DNA of 64,000 nucleotides from Alphaproteobacteria bacterium (GTDB lineage Bacteria; Pseudomonadota; Alphaproteobacteria; Rs-D84): NCBI GenBank assembly GCA_017616785.1, contig JAFZXK010000006.1, positions 3,184 to 67,183 of the forward strand, read 5' to 3'. Shown piece by piece: positions 23,645 to 33,059 of this stretch (position 1 is its first letter; each line of letters starts with the position of its first letter). The notes under the pieces were generated by a model. It saw only the letters and a program-made list of their open reading frames with translations, ran no database searches and was not told where the DNA came from. The position numbers and the translations under genes were made by a program.

Positions 23645-25687
23645 CTATGCCTTGTTCGACACGTCATCTGGCGTTATGCCAAGTTCCGCGTCGCACTTTG
23701 GGCAAAACTCATGCCGGCCAGGCAAATACCCGTGCTTTGGACATATTGAAAATGTCGGGGTAAGTGTCATGTACGGAATCTTGTAGTTTTCAAATATCGT
23801 GCGGACGATTTTTTGCGCCGCTTCGCCGCTTGACACCGGTTCACCCATATACAGGTGCAACATCGTGCCACCGGTATATTTACGTTGTAATTCTTCCTGG
23901 TGTTCCAAGGCGACAAACGGGTCATCGGTAAAGTTCACCGGTAACTGGGTTGAATTCGTGTAATACGGTGCCTCACGAGTGCCGGCGGTTATGATATCTG
24001 GGAAGTTTTTGACATCCGTTTTAGCGAAACGGTATGAACAACCCTCCGCTGGTGTTGCCTCAAGATTATACAGGTTTCCGGTTTCTTCTTGGAATTTCAC
24101 AAGGCGTTCGCGCATAAAGTCCATCAAATCCAAAACGAGTTTTTTACCAAACGGTGTTGCGATATTTTCCTTGCCATCTGTAAAGTTCAAAACCATCTCG
24201 TTCGCGCCGTTCACGCCGATTGTGGAAAAGTGATGATTCCAATTCCCAAGATAACGACGCGTAAACGGATACAGACCGTTTTCCATATGCTTGGTTATAA
24301 CGCGACGTTTGATTTCCAAAACTTCGCGTCCCATGTTCATCAACCGTTCAAGGTCGCGGAACAATCCTTCGCGGTCACCCTTGTGCATATAGCCAAGACG
24401 CGCAAGGTTTATCGTTACAACGCCAATTGAACCGGTCTTTTCCGCCGAACCGAACAGCCCCCCACCGCGCTTTAACAATTCGCGCACATCAAGGCGCAGC
24501 CGGCAACACATAGAACGAACATCCGTCGGGTTCAAATCCGAATTAAGAAAATTCTGGAAATTCGGAATTCCGTATTTTGCCGCCAAATCAAACAATGGTT
24601 TAACATTTGGATGATCCCATGGGAAATCATTTGTTATGTTATATGTCGGAATTGGGAAAGTGAACGGACGACCCTGGGCATCGCCTTCGGTCATAACCTC
24701 GATAAATGCCTTGTTTATCATGTCCATTTCGTTTTGCAAGTCGCCGTATGTAAAATCAACCTGTTTCTTGCCGACAAAGGGACGCTGGGGTTTCAAATCT
24801 TCGGGGCATGTCCAATCAAATGTAAAGTTGATGAACGGCGTTTGTGTTCCCCAACGACACGGAACCGCGCAATTGAACACCAATGTCTGCATCGCGTTTT
24901 TAACATCTGCATATGACATGTTATCAATACGAACATATGGCGCAAGGTATGTATCGACCGACGAGAACGCCTGGGCCCCGGCAAATTCGTTTTGAAGTGT
25001 GCCAAGGAAATTTACCATATGCGAAATTGCGGTCGCCATATGCCGTGCCGGTTGGCATTGCAGGTAACCCGGAACACCGTTGAACCCTTCGTACAATAAT
25101 TCGCGAAGCGACCACCCGGCGCAATAACCCGTCAACCACCCAAGGTCATGGATATGAATCGCCGCACTGCGATGTGCATCGGCAATTTCCGCAGGGAACA
25201 TATTTAACCAATATTCGGCCGTGACGCGTTCACTGGTCCGCAAAATAAGTCCACCGATTGAATAGCCGATATTCGCGTTTTCTTTGATACGCCAATTTGA
25301 GCCACCAACATAACTTTCGATTATTTCGATGGCATCAACATTTGCATTACGAATTTCAGAATGCTTTTGGCGGTATATAATATATGCCTCCGCTGTTTTG
25401 TATGCCTTGGCATCCATTAGTTTGCGAATTACCGTATCTTGGATTTCTTCGACCGACGGGGTGCGTGCCATAAAATTATTGTCCAAATCGCTTAAAACAT
25501 CATTTGTGATTTGGACAACCCGTTCATCAGATATTTCATTTGTGGCCAGTGCCGCCTTTTTAATAGCGTTGTAAATTTTTTTGGATTCGAATGCAACCGT
25601 TTCACCAGAACGTTTCTTGACACTCATGACATTACATATAAATGTCGGCGCAATCTGCATTTTAACCTCTTTCTGCGTATCAGACAT
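23645..25687 (-). CDS. nrdD: Anaerobic ribonucleoside-triphosphate reductase, catalytic body lacking the glycyl-radical tail
   Basis: About 680 aa from MSDTQKEV, with a GGAG RBS. It has an ATP-cone-like N-terminus (VKKRSGETVAFESKKIYNAIKKA) and class III blocks (NSDLNPTDVRSMCCRLRLD, GGGLFGS). Its C-terminal Zn-ribbon remnant CPKHG...CPKC ends at a TAG. Confidence 0.9.
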   Translation of the reverse strand: MSDTQKEVKMQIAPTFICNVMSVKKRSGETVAFESKKIYNAIKKAALATNEISDERVVQITNDVLSDLDNNFMARTPSVEEIQDTVIRKLMDAKAYKTAEAYIIYRQKHSEIRNANVDAIEIIESYVGGSNWRIKENANIGYSIGGLILRTSERVTAEYWLNMFPAEIADAHRSAAIHIHDLGWLTGYCAGWSLRELLYEGFNGVPGYLQCQPARHMATAISHMVNFLGTLQNEFAGAQAFSSVDTYLAPYVRIDNMSYADVKNAMQTLVFNCAVPCRWGTQTPFINFTFDWTCPEDLKPQRPFVGKKQVDFTYGDLQNEMDMINKAFIEVMTEGDAQGRPFTFPIPTYNITNDFPWDHPNVKPLFDLAAKYGIPNFQNFLNSDLNPTDVRSMCCRLRLDVRELLKRGGGLFGSAEKTGSIGVVTINLARLGYMHKGDREGLFRDLERLMNMGREVLEIKRRVITKHMENGLYPFTRRYLGNWNHHFSTIGVNGANEMVLNFTDGKENIATPFGKKLVLDLMDFMRERLVKFQEETGNLYNLEATPAEGCSYRFAKTDVKNFPDIITAGTREAPYYTNSTQLPVNFTDDPFVALEHQEELQRKYTGGTMLHLYMGEPVSSGEAAQKIVRTIFENYKIPYMTLTPTFSICPKHGYLPGRHEFCPKCDAELGITPDDVSNKA

Positions 25688-25713
25688 TATTAAACTCCAA
25701 TTTTTGTCAAAAA

Positions 25714-25729
25714 ACACAATATATTGTGT
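25714..25729. promoter_or_regulatory. NrdR box 1 (perfect palindrome ACACAATATATTGTGT)
   Basis: It matches the published 16-bp NrdR-box consensus acaCwAtATaTwGtgt. It lies 27 nt upstream of the nrdD start. Confidence 0.75.
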
Positions 25730-25746
25730 CGTTCACGTTATTTCAG

Positions 25747-25762
25747 CAACAATATATAGTTT
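25747..25762. promoter_or_regulatory. NrdR box 2 (degenerate, CAACAATATATAGTTT)
   Basis: Its centre lies 33 bp from the centre of box 1, about three helical turns, as is usual for tandem NrdR boxes. Confidence 0.55.
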
Positions 25763-26073
25763 TTTCGATTCAGATACAACCAATAAAATGAAATTTTTTT
25801 TATTTTTTTACTGGACTTTCAAAAACACAGGGTTTCCGCGGCTTTCCCGCGTATTGATTCGGGCGCATTTCCACACCAAAGCATATTTTGTGTCAACAAA
25901 CCCCGAAAAATTACGCGCCGACCGATTCGAAAATCGTAAAAAACACAAAATATAGCCGTAAAAAAGCAAAAATTTATCTATATATAGAAAACCCGTGAAA
26001 ATATGCCTAAATCCAAACTGTTAGTTTTTGCGTACCGAATCGATAAAAGAAATTAACCGGCTTATTGGTCCGA

Positions 26074-27327
26074 TCAATCTTTATCCGCATCCTTGCATAC
26101 CGCGACATACGGGTATATAGAACGCGTGGTATCCACACCCGCCTTGCCACAATCAAGGCAATTAAAACGTCTATTTTGTGAATGTGAACTATCAAAAGGA
26201 ACTTTCCCCGCCGAAACAACGCCCGATTGCTCAACATATTCACTATCTGGGAAACCGAAATAGAACGCCTTGGATACGCCACGACAATCACCAATACGCC
26301 CAGGATAGCATGCAGACGAAGACATTTTGGTTAAATCAGGCACACATTTAACAGTACAATTTTCTTCGTCGGTAATCACCTTTTCGCAATCGGTGCAATC
26401 ATTCGCAACCACGCGCAATGTCGCACCGCCACGACCGCGCAAAATTTGCGGCTTTGGCATAGTACATTTTCCCTGTTGTGATGCATCAACCGTGTTTCCC
26501 GTGCATTCCCATTCAAGTGTTTCATAATTCAATCGTGCAACCTGATTGCCGGGACATTTATATTCACCAAAAGGGGCAACACATTCCCATACGCCATCAA
26601 TCATAACCGCGGTTTCAACACCAACACACAAAGGCCGCCGTGATTCATCAGGTACACATTCCATAGCCGACGCATCCCATACCTGGTCGCCACCGCAACT
26701 TGTTTTTATATTATAACTAACGCATTGCCAACGACCAAACCGAAAAACCTTTTGTGTTCCGGTGGGACATGTTACGGTTTCATCCGTGGGTTCGGTAAAG
26801 ACGCGTTCCGGGTCCGGAATATCATAATTCGTCATGTATATAAGTTGCCCATTTTCGAGTCCAAGGCCATCAATCATTGATTTGGGCAAGGTTTGTTTTG
26901 CACTGGATCCGGCAATCATAATCACATCGTTTTGGTATATTCCAAATGTTCCGCTTGTTGTAAAATTCTTTTCCAAGATTTCCATCATTTCATTATAGTC
27001 GGTAACATTCAGTGCACCGGTTGTTGTTATAATAAAACTGTGGCTTGGGCGTTTAAGGCCGTCCGACAAGCAATCCATAACCGAAAATCGCGAATCAAAG
27101 CAAAGACGATTTGTTTTTATTTGGTTTTGTTCAACACAAATATCATCAAAAGTATTCCCGGTAATTTCGGCATTATGCACCGCCAATGCACATTCCGCGA
27201 TTGAACGCAAATCAGAAACAACAATTGCGTGGTCCGTTTCTTGTTCAATAACACGCGTATTTGGTGCGAAAAACATATAATAAGCCGCCATGAACAAAGA
27301 TATAAGCATTATAAGAAAAATATTCAT
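26074..27327 (-). CDS. Hypothetical membrane-anchored Cys-rich protein with repeated C-x(10-16)-W-x-C modules
   Basis: The start is taken at MNIFLIMLISLFMAAYYMFFAP, with an AGGGGGA RBS. The repeats are CPTGTQKVFRFGRWQC, CGGDQVWDASAMEC, CVGVETAVMIDGVWEC and CPGNQVARLNYETLEWEC. Confidence 0.6.
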   Translation of the reverse strand: MNIFLIMLISLFMAAYYMFFAPNTRVIEQETDHAIVVSDLRSIAECALAVHNAEITGNTFDDICVEQNQIKTNRLCFDSRFSVMDCLSDGLKRPSHSFIITTTGALNVTDYNEMMEILEKNFTTSGTFGIYQNDVIMIAGSSAKQTLPKSMIDGLGLENGQLIYMTNYDIPDPERVFTEPTDETVTCPTGTQKVFRFGRWQCVSYNIKTSCGGDQVWDASAMECVPDESRRPLCVGVETAVMIDGVWECVAPFGEYKCPGNQVARLNYETLEWECTGNTVDASQQGKCTMPKPQILRGRGGATLRVVANDCTDCEKVITDEENCTVKCVPDLTKMSSSACYPGRIGDCRGVSKAFYFGFPDSEYVEQSGVVSAGKVPFDSSHSQNRRFNCLDCGKAGVDTTRSIYPYVAVCKDADKD

Positions 27328-27410
27328 GTTTCCCCCTTGCGATTCCATAAAATTCTAGGTATTATATGGTTGAATTTCAATAAAAAAATAATTTCTATGC
27401 GGTGATAACC

Positions 27411-27881
27411 ATGAAAAAATATCTTTGTTTATTACTTCTTTGCGGTTGCGGATTTACACCGATGTTTGCCGAATCAAACACCGACATTTATGTTCCGGTA
27501 ATTAGTGGCATAAACGGAATCGAGCTGCGCAATGCGTTGAATACAAAATTCGGCGGGCAAAAAGAAAGTAACGCGCCATATAAATTGACCGTAACATTGA
27601 ATGAACCACAAACCAAGTACAAGGCGTTGGAACCGACGGGTGCCGCGACATGGCAAGAAATCAAACTTACGGCGAATTATGTTTTGACATATCACGACAA
27701 AACAATTTCCACCGGGACCGAGGTTGCGTCTGAATCATACACATTTGTGCGATATTTGGTCGCGGCGAATGCATCATACAATAACGCGGTTGCAAATACT
27801 ATTACGGTTTTGGCCGATAAAATTGGCACACGTGCGATTGCCGATGTTTCAAAGCATGAACGCGAAACGGCGAAAAAATGA
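27411..27881 (+). CDS. lptE: LPS-assembly lipoprotein LptE-like
   Basis: The lipoprotein signal is MKKYLCLLLLCGCGFTPMFA (CGF.P.y/f as in alphaproteobacterial LptE). It lies immediately upstream of holA and is translationally coupled to it through an ATGA overlap. Confidence 0.6.
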   Translation: MKKYLCLLLLCGCGFTPMFAESNTDIYVPVISGINGIELRNALNTKFGGQKESNAPYKLTVTLNEPQTKYKALEPTGAATWQEIKLTANYVLTYHDKTISTGTEVASESYTFVRYLVAANASYNNAVANTITVLADKIGTRAIADVSKHERETAKK

Positions 27882-28867
27882 AATGGAAGGAATCTGATTT
27901 TACCAAGGGAATAACCACCGTTCGCGGCGTGCTGATTTACGGTCCTGATGCGGGATTGGTTGATGAATTATGTGATAAATCGGTCGATATTTTATCCATT
28001 GAAAAAGATAACATATTTGCACTTGATTCCGATGAATTACGCGACAAGCAAGATTCACTTTTTGCCGAAGCGTGTACACCGTCTATGTTTGGTGGCCGCA
28101 AAATGGTGATAATTTCCAATGCCGGCGATTCCGATGCAAAACTTATCAAAGATTTGGTTGAACATCCATCGCTTGACGCAATGGTTATCGTTACGGCCGG
28201 TGATTTGCGTTCGGGCGGGGGGTTGCGCACACTGTTTGAAAATGGTGCAAATGTTGCGGCACTTGCGTGTTACAGTGATGATGCAAAGACACTTGAAACA
28301 CTTATTCGAAATGAACTTTTTAACAACGCGGGAATAAAGCAAATTTCGCCGGACGCAATGGTTTATATGACAACGCACCTTGGGGGCGACCGCGGGATAA
28401 CGCGCGGATTCCTTGGTAAAATCGCGATATATGTCGATGATAAAAAAACAATTGAATTAGAAGATGTGGAAAAATGTTTGCCTGATACGGGCGCGGCAAA
28501 TACTGATGATTTTCTATATTCATTAACGGCGGGACATATTCAGCAAACTATGTTGGCACTTGACCGGTTGTTGTATGATAATGCGGAACCGAATATGTTG
28601 GTACGCACGTTGGACCGTCATTTCAAATCATTGCTTACGGCGGTGGTTGATGGTCAATTGCCGCGACTTTTTTGGAAAGTTGCGGATAAATTCAACATTG
28701 CTACAAAAATATGGCGTGGCGACGATATAACCGCGGTTTTGGTTCGTTTGAACGAACTTGAATCGCAAATGCGAACGACCGGAATGCCGACGGAAATTTT
28801 ACTGCGTGATTTCGCGTTAAAGTTGGTATTAAAAACATATAAAATGTCTGTTAAACGAAGGAACTAA
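27878..28867 (+). CDS. holA: DNA polymerase III delta subunit
   Basis: The ORF is 329 aa. It shows the conserved lptE-holA synteny and a delta-like N-terminal domain (VLIYGPDAGLV...). Confidence 0.7.
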   Translation: MKWKESDFTKGITTVRGVLIYGPDAGLVDELCDKSVDILSIEKDNIFALDSDELRDKQDSLFAEACTPSMFGGRKMVIISNAGDSDAKLIKDLVEHPSLDAMVIVTAGDLRSGGGLRTLFENGANVAALACYSDDAKTLETLIRNELFNNAGIKQISPDAMVYMTTHLGGDRGITRGFLGKIAIYVDDKKTIELEDVEKCLPDTGAANTDDFLYSLTAGHIQQTMLALDRLLYDNAEPNMLVRTLDRHFKSLLTAVVDGQLPRLFWKVADKFNIATKIWRGDDITAVLVRLNELESQMRTTGMPTEILLRDFALKLVLKTYKMSVKRRN

Positions 28868-28870
28868 GTT

Positions 28871-29632
28871 ATGTTGTCATCTGTTTATGCACCAAAAGAT
28901 TTCAAAAGATTACGCGTGGTTGGCGATTTAGTTGCGCGTTGCTTTGATTATATTACGCCATATATCAAGGCCGGCATTTCAACCGGTGAAATCGATAGGT
29001 TGGTGGCGGGTTTCCTGCGTGAAAATGGTGCGCGTTCTTCCGACCTTGGGTACCAAGGTTATCCGAAAAGCATTTGCACATCGGTCAATGATGTTATTGT
29101 GCATGGGATACCAAGTGATGATGTTATATTGCATGATGGCGATATTGTAAATGTTGATTTGACCGCAGAATACAAGGGGTTTCATGGCGACGCGTCGCGT
29201 ATGTTTATGATTGGGCACGTTTCCGACAAAGCGCGCGAACTGGTGCAAACATGCCAAGATGCACTTAACGCGGCGATTGCAATATGCGCACCCGGTGTGC
29301 CACTTTCCGAAATTGGGAAAACCATTGAATCAGTTGTTAAGCCACATGGCTTTTCGATATCGCGCGATTTTGTCGGACATGGCATTGGCAAGGTTATGCA
29401 CGACGACCCGCAAATTTTTCATTTCTATGATAAAATGTGGGACCGTGTGAAAATGGTTCCGGGATTGGTATTTACAATTGAACCAATGATAAATACGGGA
29501 CGCGCCGAATGCAAAATTGATGCGGACGGATGGACGGCGCGAACGGTTGATGGTGGTCTTTCGGCCCAGTGGGAACATACACTTGGGATTACCGAAGATG
29601 GCGTTACAATCTTTACGGAAAAGATGATATAA
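28871..29632 (+). CDS. map: Type I methionine aminopeptidase
   Basis: SICTSVNDVIVHGIP, DIVNVDL, GFHGD, FVGHGIG, FTIEP and QWEHT are the metal-ligand blocks. Confidence 0.93.
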   Translation: MLSSVYAPKDFKRLRVVGDLVARCFDYITPYIKAGISTGEIDRLVAGFLRENGARSSDLGYQGYPKSICTSVNDVIVHGIPSDDVILHDGDIVNVDLTAEYKGFHGDASRMFMIGHVSDKARELVQTCQDALNAAIAICAPGVPLSEIGKTIESVVKPHGFSISRDFVGHGIGKVMHDDPQIFHFYDKMWDRVKMVPGLVFTIEPMINTGRAECKIDADGWTARTVDGGLSAQWEHTLGITEDGVTIFTEKMI

Positions 29633-29648
29633 AAAAGGAAACAAACGC

Positions 29649-30335
29649 ATGAAGGATAAATCTTTGGAATTATCTTTGCGTGCAGGCCACCGTGACAGAT
29701 TGCGCCAGAAATTTTTAGATGGCGAACTTGCAACCTATGAAATTATGGAATTGATTTTGGGCTATGCAATTCCACGCAAAGATGTTCGACCGATTGCGCG
29801 AATGCTGTATAAAAAATTTGGTGGTACATTTCCAATTCTGTGCGCACCGATTGAAGATTTGGAAAAGGTTCCCGGTCTTGGTCATAACACCGCAATTTTT
29901 ATCAAGGCAATGCAAAAAATTCTTGTCGATGGGTATAAATCGTCCGCCGCGGAAAAGCCGATTTTTCACAATATGGAACAATTTTATAACTATGCGCATC
30001 TTATGCTTGGTGGGAAACCAACCGAAGAAATGCATGTTTTATATTTGGATAAAAATTTGCATTTGTTAAAAGATGAACTGCACAGTACCGGAACCGTCGA
30101 TTGCACGGTTTTATATGATAAAGAGGTTGTTAAAAACGCACTTGATATGGATGCAAAGTTTGTAGCACTTATTCACAATCATCCGATTCCGGGCATGGGA
30201 TTTTCAGAGGCCGATGTTGATTTAACCAAGCAATTGAAAAACGCATTGTTAAATGTTCGTATACAACTTTATGACCATTTTGTTGTATCCGGCGGCGTTA
30301 TGTATTCAATGAAGGAACAATTTTTATTAAAATAA
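29649..30335 (+). CDS. radC: RadC-family JAB-domain protein
   Basis: It has an HhH-like segment VPGLGHNTA and the JAMM motif ALIHNHPIPGMGFSEADVDLTKQL. Confidence 0.85.
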   Translation: MKDKSLELSLRAGHRDRLRQKFLDGELATYEIMELILGYAIPRKDVRPIARMLYKKFGGTFPILCAPIEDLEKVPGLGHNTAIFIKAMQKILVDGYKSSAAEKPIFHNMEQFYNYAHLMLGGKPTEEMHVLYLDKNLHLLKDELHSTGTVDCTVLYDKEVVKNALDMDAKFVALIHNHPIPGMGFSEADVDLTKQLKNALLNVRIQLYDHFVVSGGVMYSMKEQFLLK

Positions 30336-30914
30336 TTCCGCCACATCGCACGCGGTTTTATATTCCGATGTTGTCACCACACGCAGGCCGTTATTCCACA
30401 ACGCGTAAACTGTTTTCGTTGATTGCGTCGGTGTATTCCAATCTTCGCCCATCGGTCTTGAAATCTTAGTTATTGAAAAATCAGGTTTGAACGAAAATTG
30501 TATTTTTTGATGTGCGCATTCCGCACCTTCGACAGTGAATAAATCTTTTGGTGTTATGTTTACTAATTTTTGACCGTCATTTAGTTCGACTTTGTATATA
30601 TATTGAAAATGCGCCGTTCCCGTTTCGCGGCGCGCACGCGAAATTTTGTCGGGATGACCATCTTGGTCAAGGTCGTATGAAAAAGTTGCAACTTCGACAA
30701 CACCTTCGCCAAATTCATTTGGTTCAAATGTGTGCACTGAAACCGGATTTGAAAGTCCATCGGAAAATTCAGTATCCTCGACAATTTCGATGGTTGGTTC
30801 ATCAACATCAATTGTGATGACGTTCGGTTTCTTTAATTTATAGAAAACAAAAATACCGACCGCGACCAAGAAAATAACTATTACTATTTTTATCCAACCG
30901 TTATTTTTTTCCAT
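30327..30914 (-). CDS. Hypothetical membrane-anchored protein (195 aa)
   Basis: It has an N-terminal TM segment (IKIVIVIFLVAVGIFVFY) and DLDQDGHPD, a calcium-binding-like loop. It is the last gene of a three-gene same-strand string. Confidence 0.55.
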   Translation of the reverse strand: MEKNNGWIKIVIVIFLVAVGIFVFYKLKKPNVITIDVDEPTIEIVEDTEFSDGLSNPVSVHTFEPNEFGEGVVEVATFSYDLDQDGHPDKISRARRETGTAHFQYIYKVELNDGQKLVNITPKDLFTVEGAECAHQKIQFSFKPDFSITKISRPMGEDWNTPTQSTKTVYALWNNGLRVVTTSEYKTACDVAELF

Positions 30915-30928
30915 TTTGTTTCCTTTTT

Positions 30929-31966
30929 TTAGTTATTGCGGATACTGCCTTCGCGCCAGCCCTCAATCCTGCGGATACCTTCGGCCATGCGTTGTATCTG
31001 TATGTCGGACATATCGCGCAAATAAGTGTTTGTGGTAACACCAATCGCCCGTGCAAGTCGCGCCGCATACGATGTCGGATTATTTCCGTCCGATGATGGT
31101 GCGTACCGTGCGATTGCCTGGGCCAGGGTTCGGTTTTGATATTCAGAATTTTTTAATAATGCGATATTTGCATTGCGTCCAACCTCTGGGTTAGGGAAAA
31201 TTGCGAAACCATTTATGGTGATACCGATTGAACCCATACGTCTTGTAAAACTGGAATCTCGCAGGGCACCTGGGTTATTCGCACGCCAAGTCAAACTGCC
31301 CCCGACATGCGTATATTGCGAACCGTCCGTCGCGGTATAGGTAATTTCACCAACACTTGAATTTGTGGCGGCTATCGCCGTTCGGCCACCGCCCAATATT
31401 GGTGGAATATTTGTTGGCACGGTAGCAATGCCCGGTGTTCCACCCGTAATTGTTCCATCGGGTGTCCAATTCATCAGGTCGGATAAATCCGGGAAATCTT
31501 CCATTTCCGGCATTTCATAGGTTGGGAAAAGTCCGCTGCCGGAATCATAAATATCGATATCTTCGTAAAGCATTGCGTTTGTTCCGCGTGCCGCCACCCG
31601 CGCCGCCAAAATTTCGTTCACGCCACCAACCGAAATCCGCATAGTTTTGCACCCCATACCCAAAAGGTCGCCACCATACAAAAGATTCAAAATTGGCCAT
31701 ACCGCCGTTAAAATTCCAAAAATTAAAACAAGTGTTTTGAAGTTTTCTTTTATATCGTTTTTGGCACCGCGTATCATTGATATGCCCCAACCAATGACCA
31801 ATCCGGCCGTGAATAACCCCAATACCATCCACGCATAATGCAAAAAATTTTCAAATCCACGAAGTATGCACGATGGGTCTTCGATGTAAATAAAATTCGC
31901 GTCAATTCCACGCACGTGCAGACCGACGTTTTCCAACATTGTTCTGATGGTATCTGTTTCGTTCAA
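30929..31966 (-). CDS. Hypothetical membrane protein with a C-terminal NNPGALR...YAP domain (345 aa)
   Basis: It has two or three TM segments in the N-terminal half. The C-terminal block is WRANNPGALR...GFAIFPNPEVGRNANIALL...IARYAPSSDGNNPTSY. I cannot name the family with confidence. Confidence 0.55.
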   Translation of the reverse strand: MNETDTIRTMLENVGLHVRGIDANFIYIEDPSCILRGFENFLHYAWMVLGLFTAGLVIGWGISMIRGAKNDIKENFKTLVLIFGILTAVWPILNLLYGGDLLGMGCKTMRISVGGVNEILAARVAARGTNAMLYEDIDIYDSGSGLFPTYEMPEMEDFPDLSDLMNWTPDGTITGGTPGIATVPTNIPPILGGGRTAIAATNSSVGEITYTATDGSQYTHVGGSLTWRANNPGALRDSSFTRRMGSIGITINGFAIFPNPEVGRNANIALLKNSEYQNRTLAQAIARYAPSSDGNNPTSYAARLARAIGVTTNTYLRDMSDIQIQRMAEGIRRIEGWREGSIRNN

Positions 31967-31978
31967 TGTTTTTGTCTT

Positions 31979-32758
31979 TTATTTCTTTGATGCGACATTC
32001 GTAAAGAATCCCGGAATCGAAAACTCTTCGTCATTTGCGGCAACCCCCGCCCATCCGAAAAGGTCGCCCATAATTCCGGTATCATCACGTTTCATTTTTT
32101 TGAACGGCAATATGTTTTTTAGTTTGCTAATTTTCCCACGTTCTGAACTTTTTTTGAATGTTGGAACTTTGTCTTGGACATCGACGAATTCCGTTGCCAA
32201 ACTTGCAAGTGTTGCATCCGCATCATCCAAAGATTCATCTTTTGCCGCGGGTGCCGCCGTTTCGGCGACCGGCGAATCTTCGGTATCTTCGCCAAGTGGC
32301 GTCATTGTTTCCAACAATTCTTCAAGTGTTTTTTCGTGTGTTTCAATCGGCGCATCATCCGCAAGCATTTCATCAATATCGTCAATGCCTGATACTTCAA
32401 CGGTTTCAACAATTTCTTCTTGGGCAACATTTTCGACCGGTTCGGCCGGTTCTTCGCCCCCACCCAACACAGACAGAATCGGCACAACAGGCGCCTCAAC
32501 CGGTTTTTCTTTTTTCGACTTTGCCGCTTTCTTGGCCTTTGGTGCGGGCTCTTCAATTTCTTTTGGTTCGACCACTTCATCCACCGAATCGGCAACCGCC
32601 GGCGTGGTTTCCACCGCAATTAAATCATCAACCGGCACACCAAATAAAACAGTATCTGTATCTAACCCAAGTGTAGAGCGAACCTCTTCAAAGGCGGCGC
32701 GAACCTGGGCCGCATCAAAAGAATCCGCGCCCGAAATATAAACTATCTTCTTTTTCAT
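31979..32758 (-). CDS. Hypothetical highly acidic protein (259 aa)
   Basis: The start is taken at MKKKIVYISGADSF, with a GGTGAGG RBS. It has long D/E/P/V/A-rich low-complexity stretches. Confidence 0.5.
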   Translation of the reverse strand: MKKKIVYISGADSFDAAQVRAAFEEVRSTLGLDTDTVLFGVPVDDLIAVETTPAVADSVDEVVEPKEIEEPAPKAKKAAKSKKEKPVEAPVVPILSVLGGGEEPAEPVENVAQEEIVETVEVSGIDDIDEMLADDAPIETHEKTLEELLETMTPLGEDTEDSPVAETAAPAAKDESLDDADATLASLATEFVDVQDKVPTFKKSSERGKISKLKNILPFKKMKRDDTGIMGDLFGWAGVAANDEEFSIPGFFTNVASKK

Positions 32759-32849
32759 TTGCCTCACCATCGCATTTTTTGAATCTTTCGGAAAGATTAT
32801 ATCACATTTTAGGGTTGAACGCATATAAAAAATGTCTTAAAATGACAAT

Positions 32850-33059
32850 ATGTCGGACATAAGGGAACAAATTTTTCAAGAACTATCAAAACTTGAAGAT
32901 GCCGCGGCGCGTCTGCGGGCGACGGCGGTAAATGCCGGCAAGCAAACTGACCTTGAGGTTGCAATTCTAACGCAACAGGTGCGGAATTTGCGGGCGAAAA
33001 ATGCGCGGGCAACCGAACTTATCGACCAATCTGTTGATTTACTAAGGAAATTGAATTGA
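32850..33059 (+). CDS. Small coiled-coil protein (DUF4164/ZapB-like), upstream of zapA
   Basis: The ORF is 69 aa with heptad-like composition. It overlaps the zapA start by 4 nt. This arrangement is common in alphaproteobacteria. Confidence 0.5.
   Translation: MSDIREQIFQELSKLEDAAARLRATAVNAGKQTDLEVAILTQQVRNLRAKNARATELIDQSVDLLRKLN

Noticed and set aside
31947-32741. A 264-aa Ser-rich plus-strand ORF
   Set aside because: It mirrors the acidic low-complexity gene on the minus strand, where GA-rich codons read as Ser/Phe-rich on the antisense strand. The minus-strand ORF has the RBS and sits in an operon context. The choice of strand is still less certain than for other genes.
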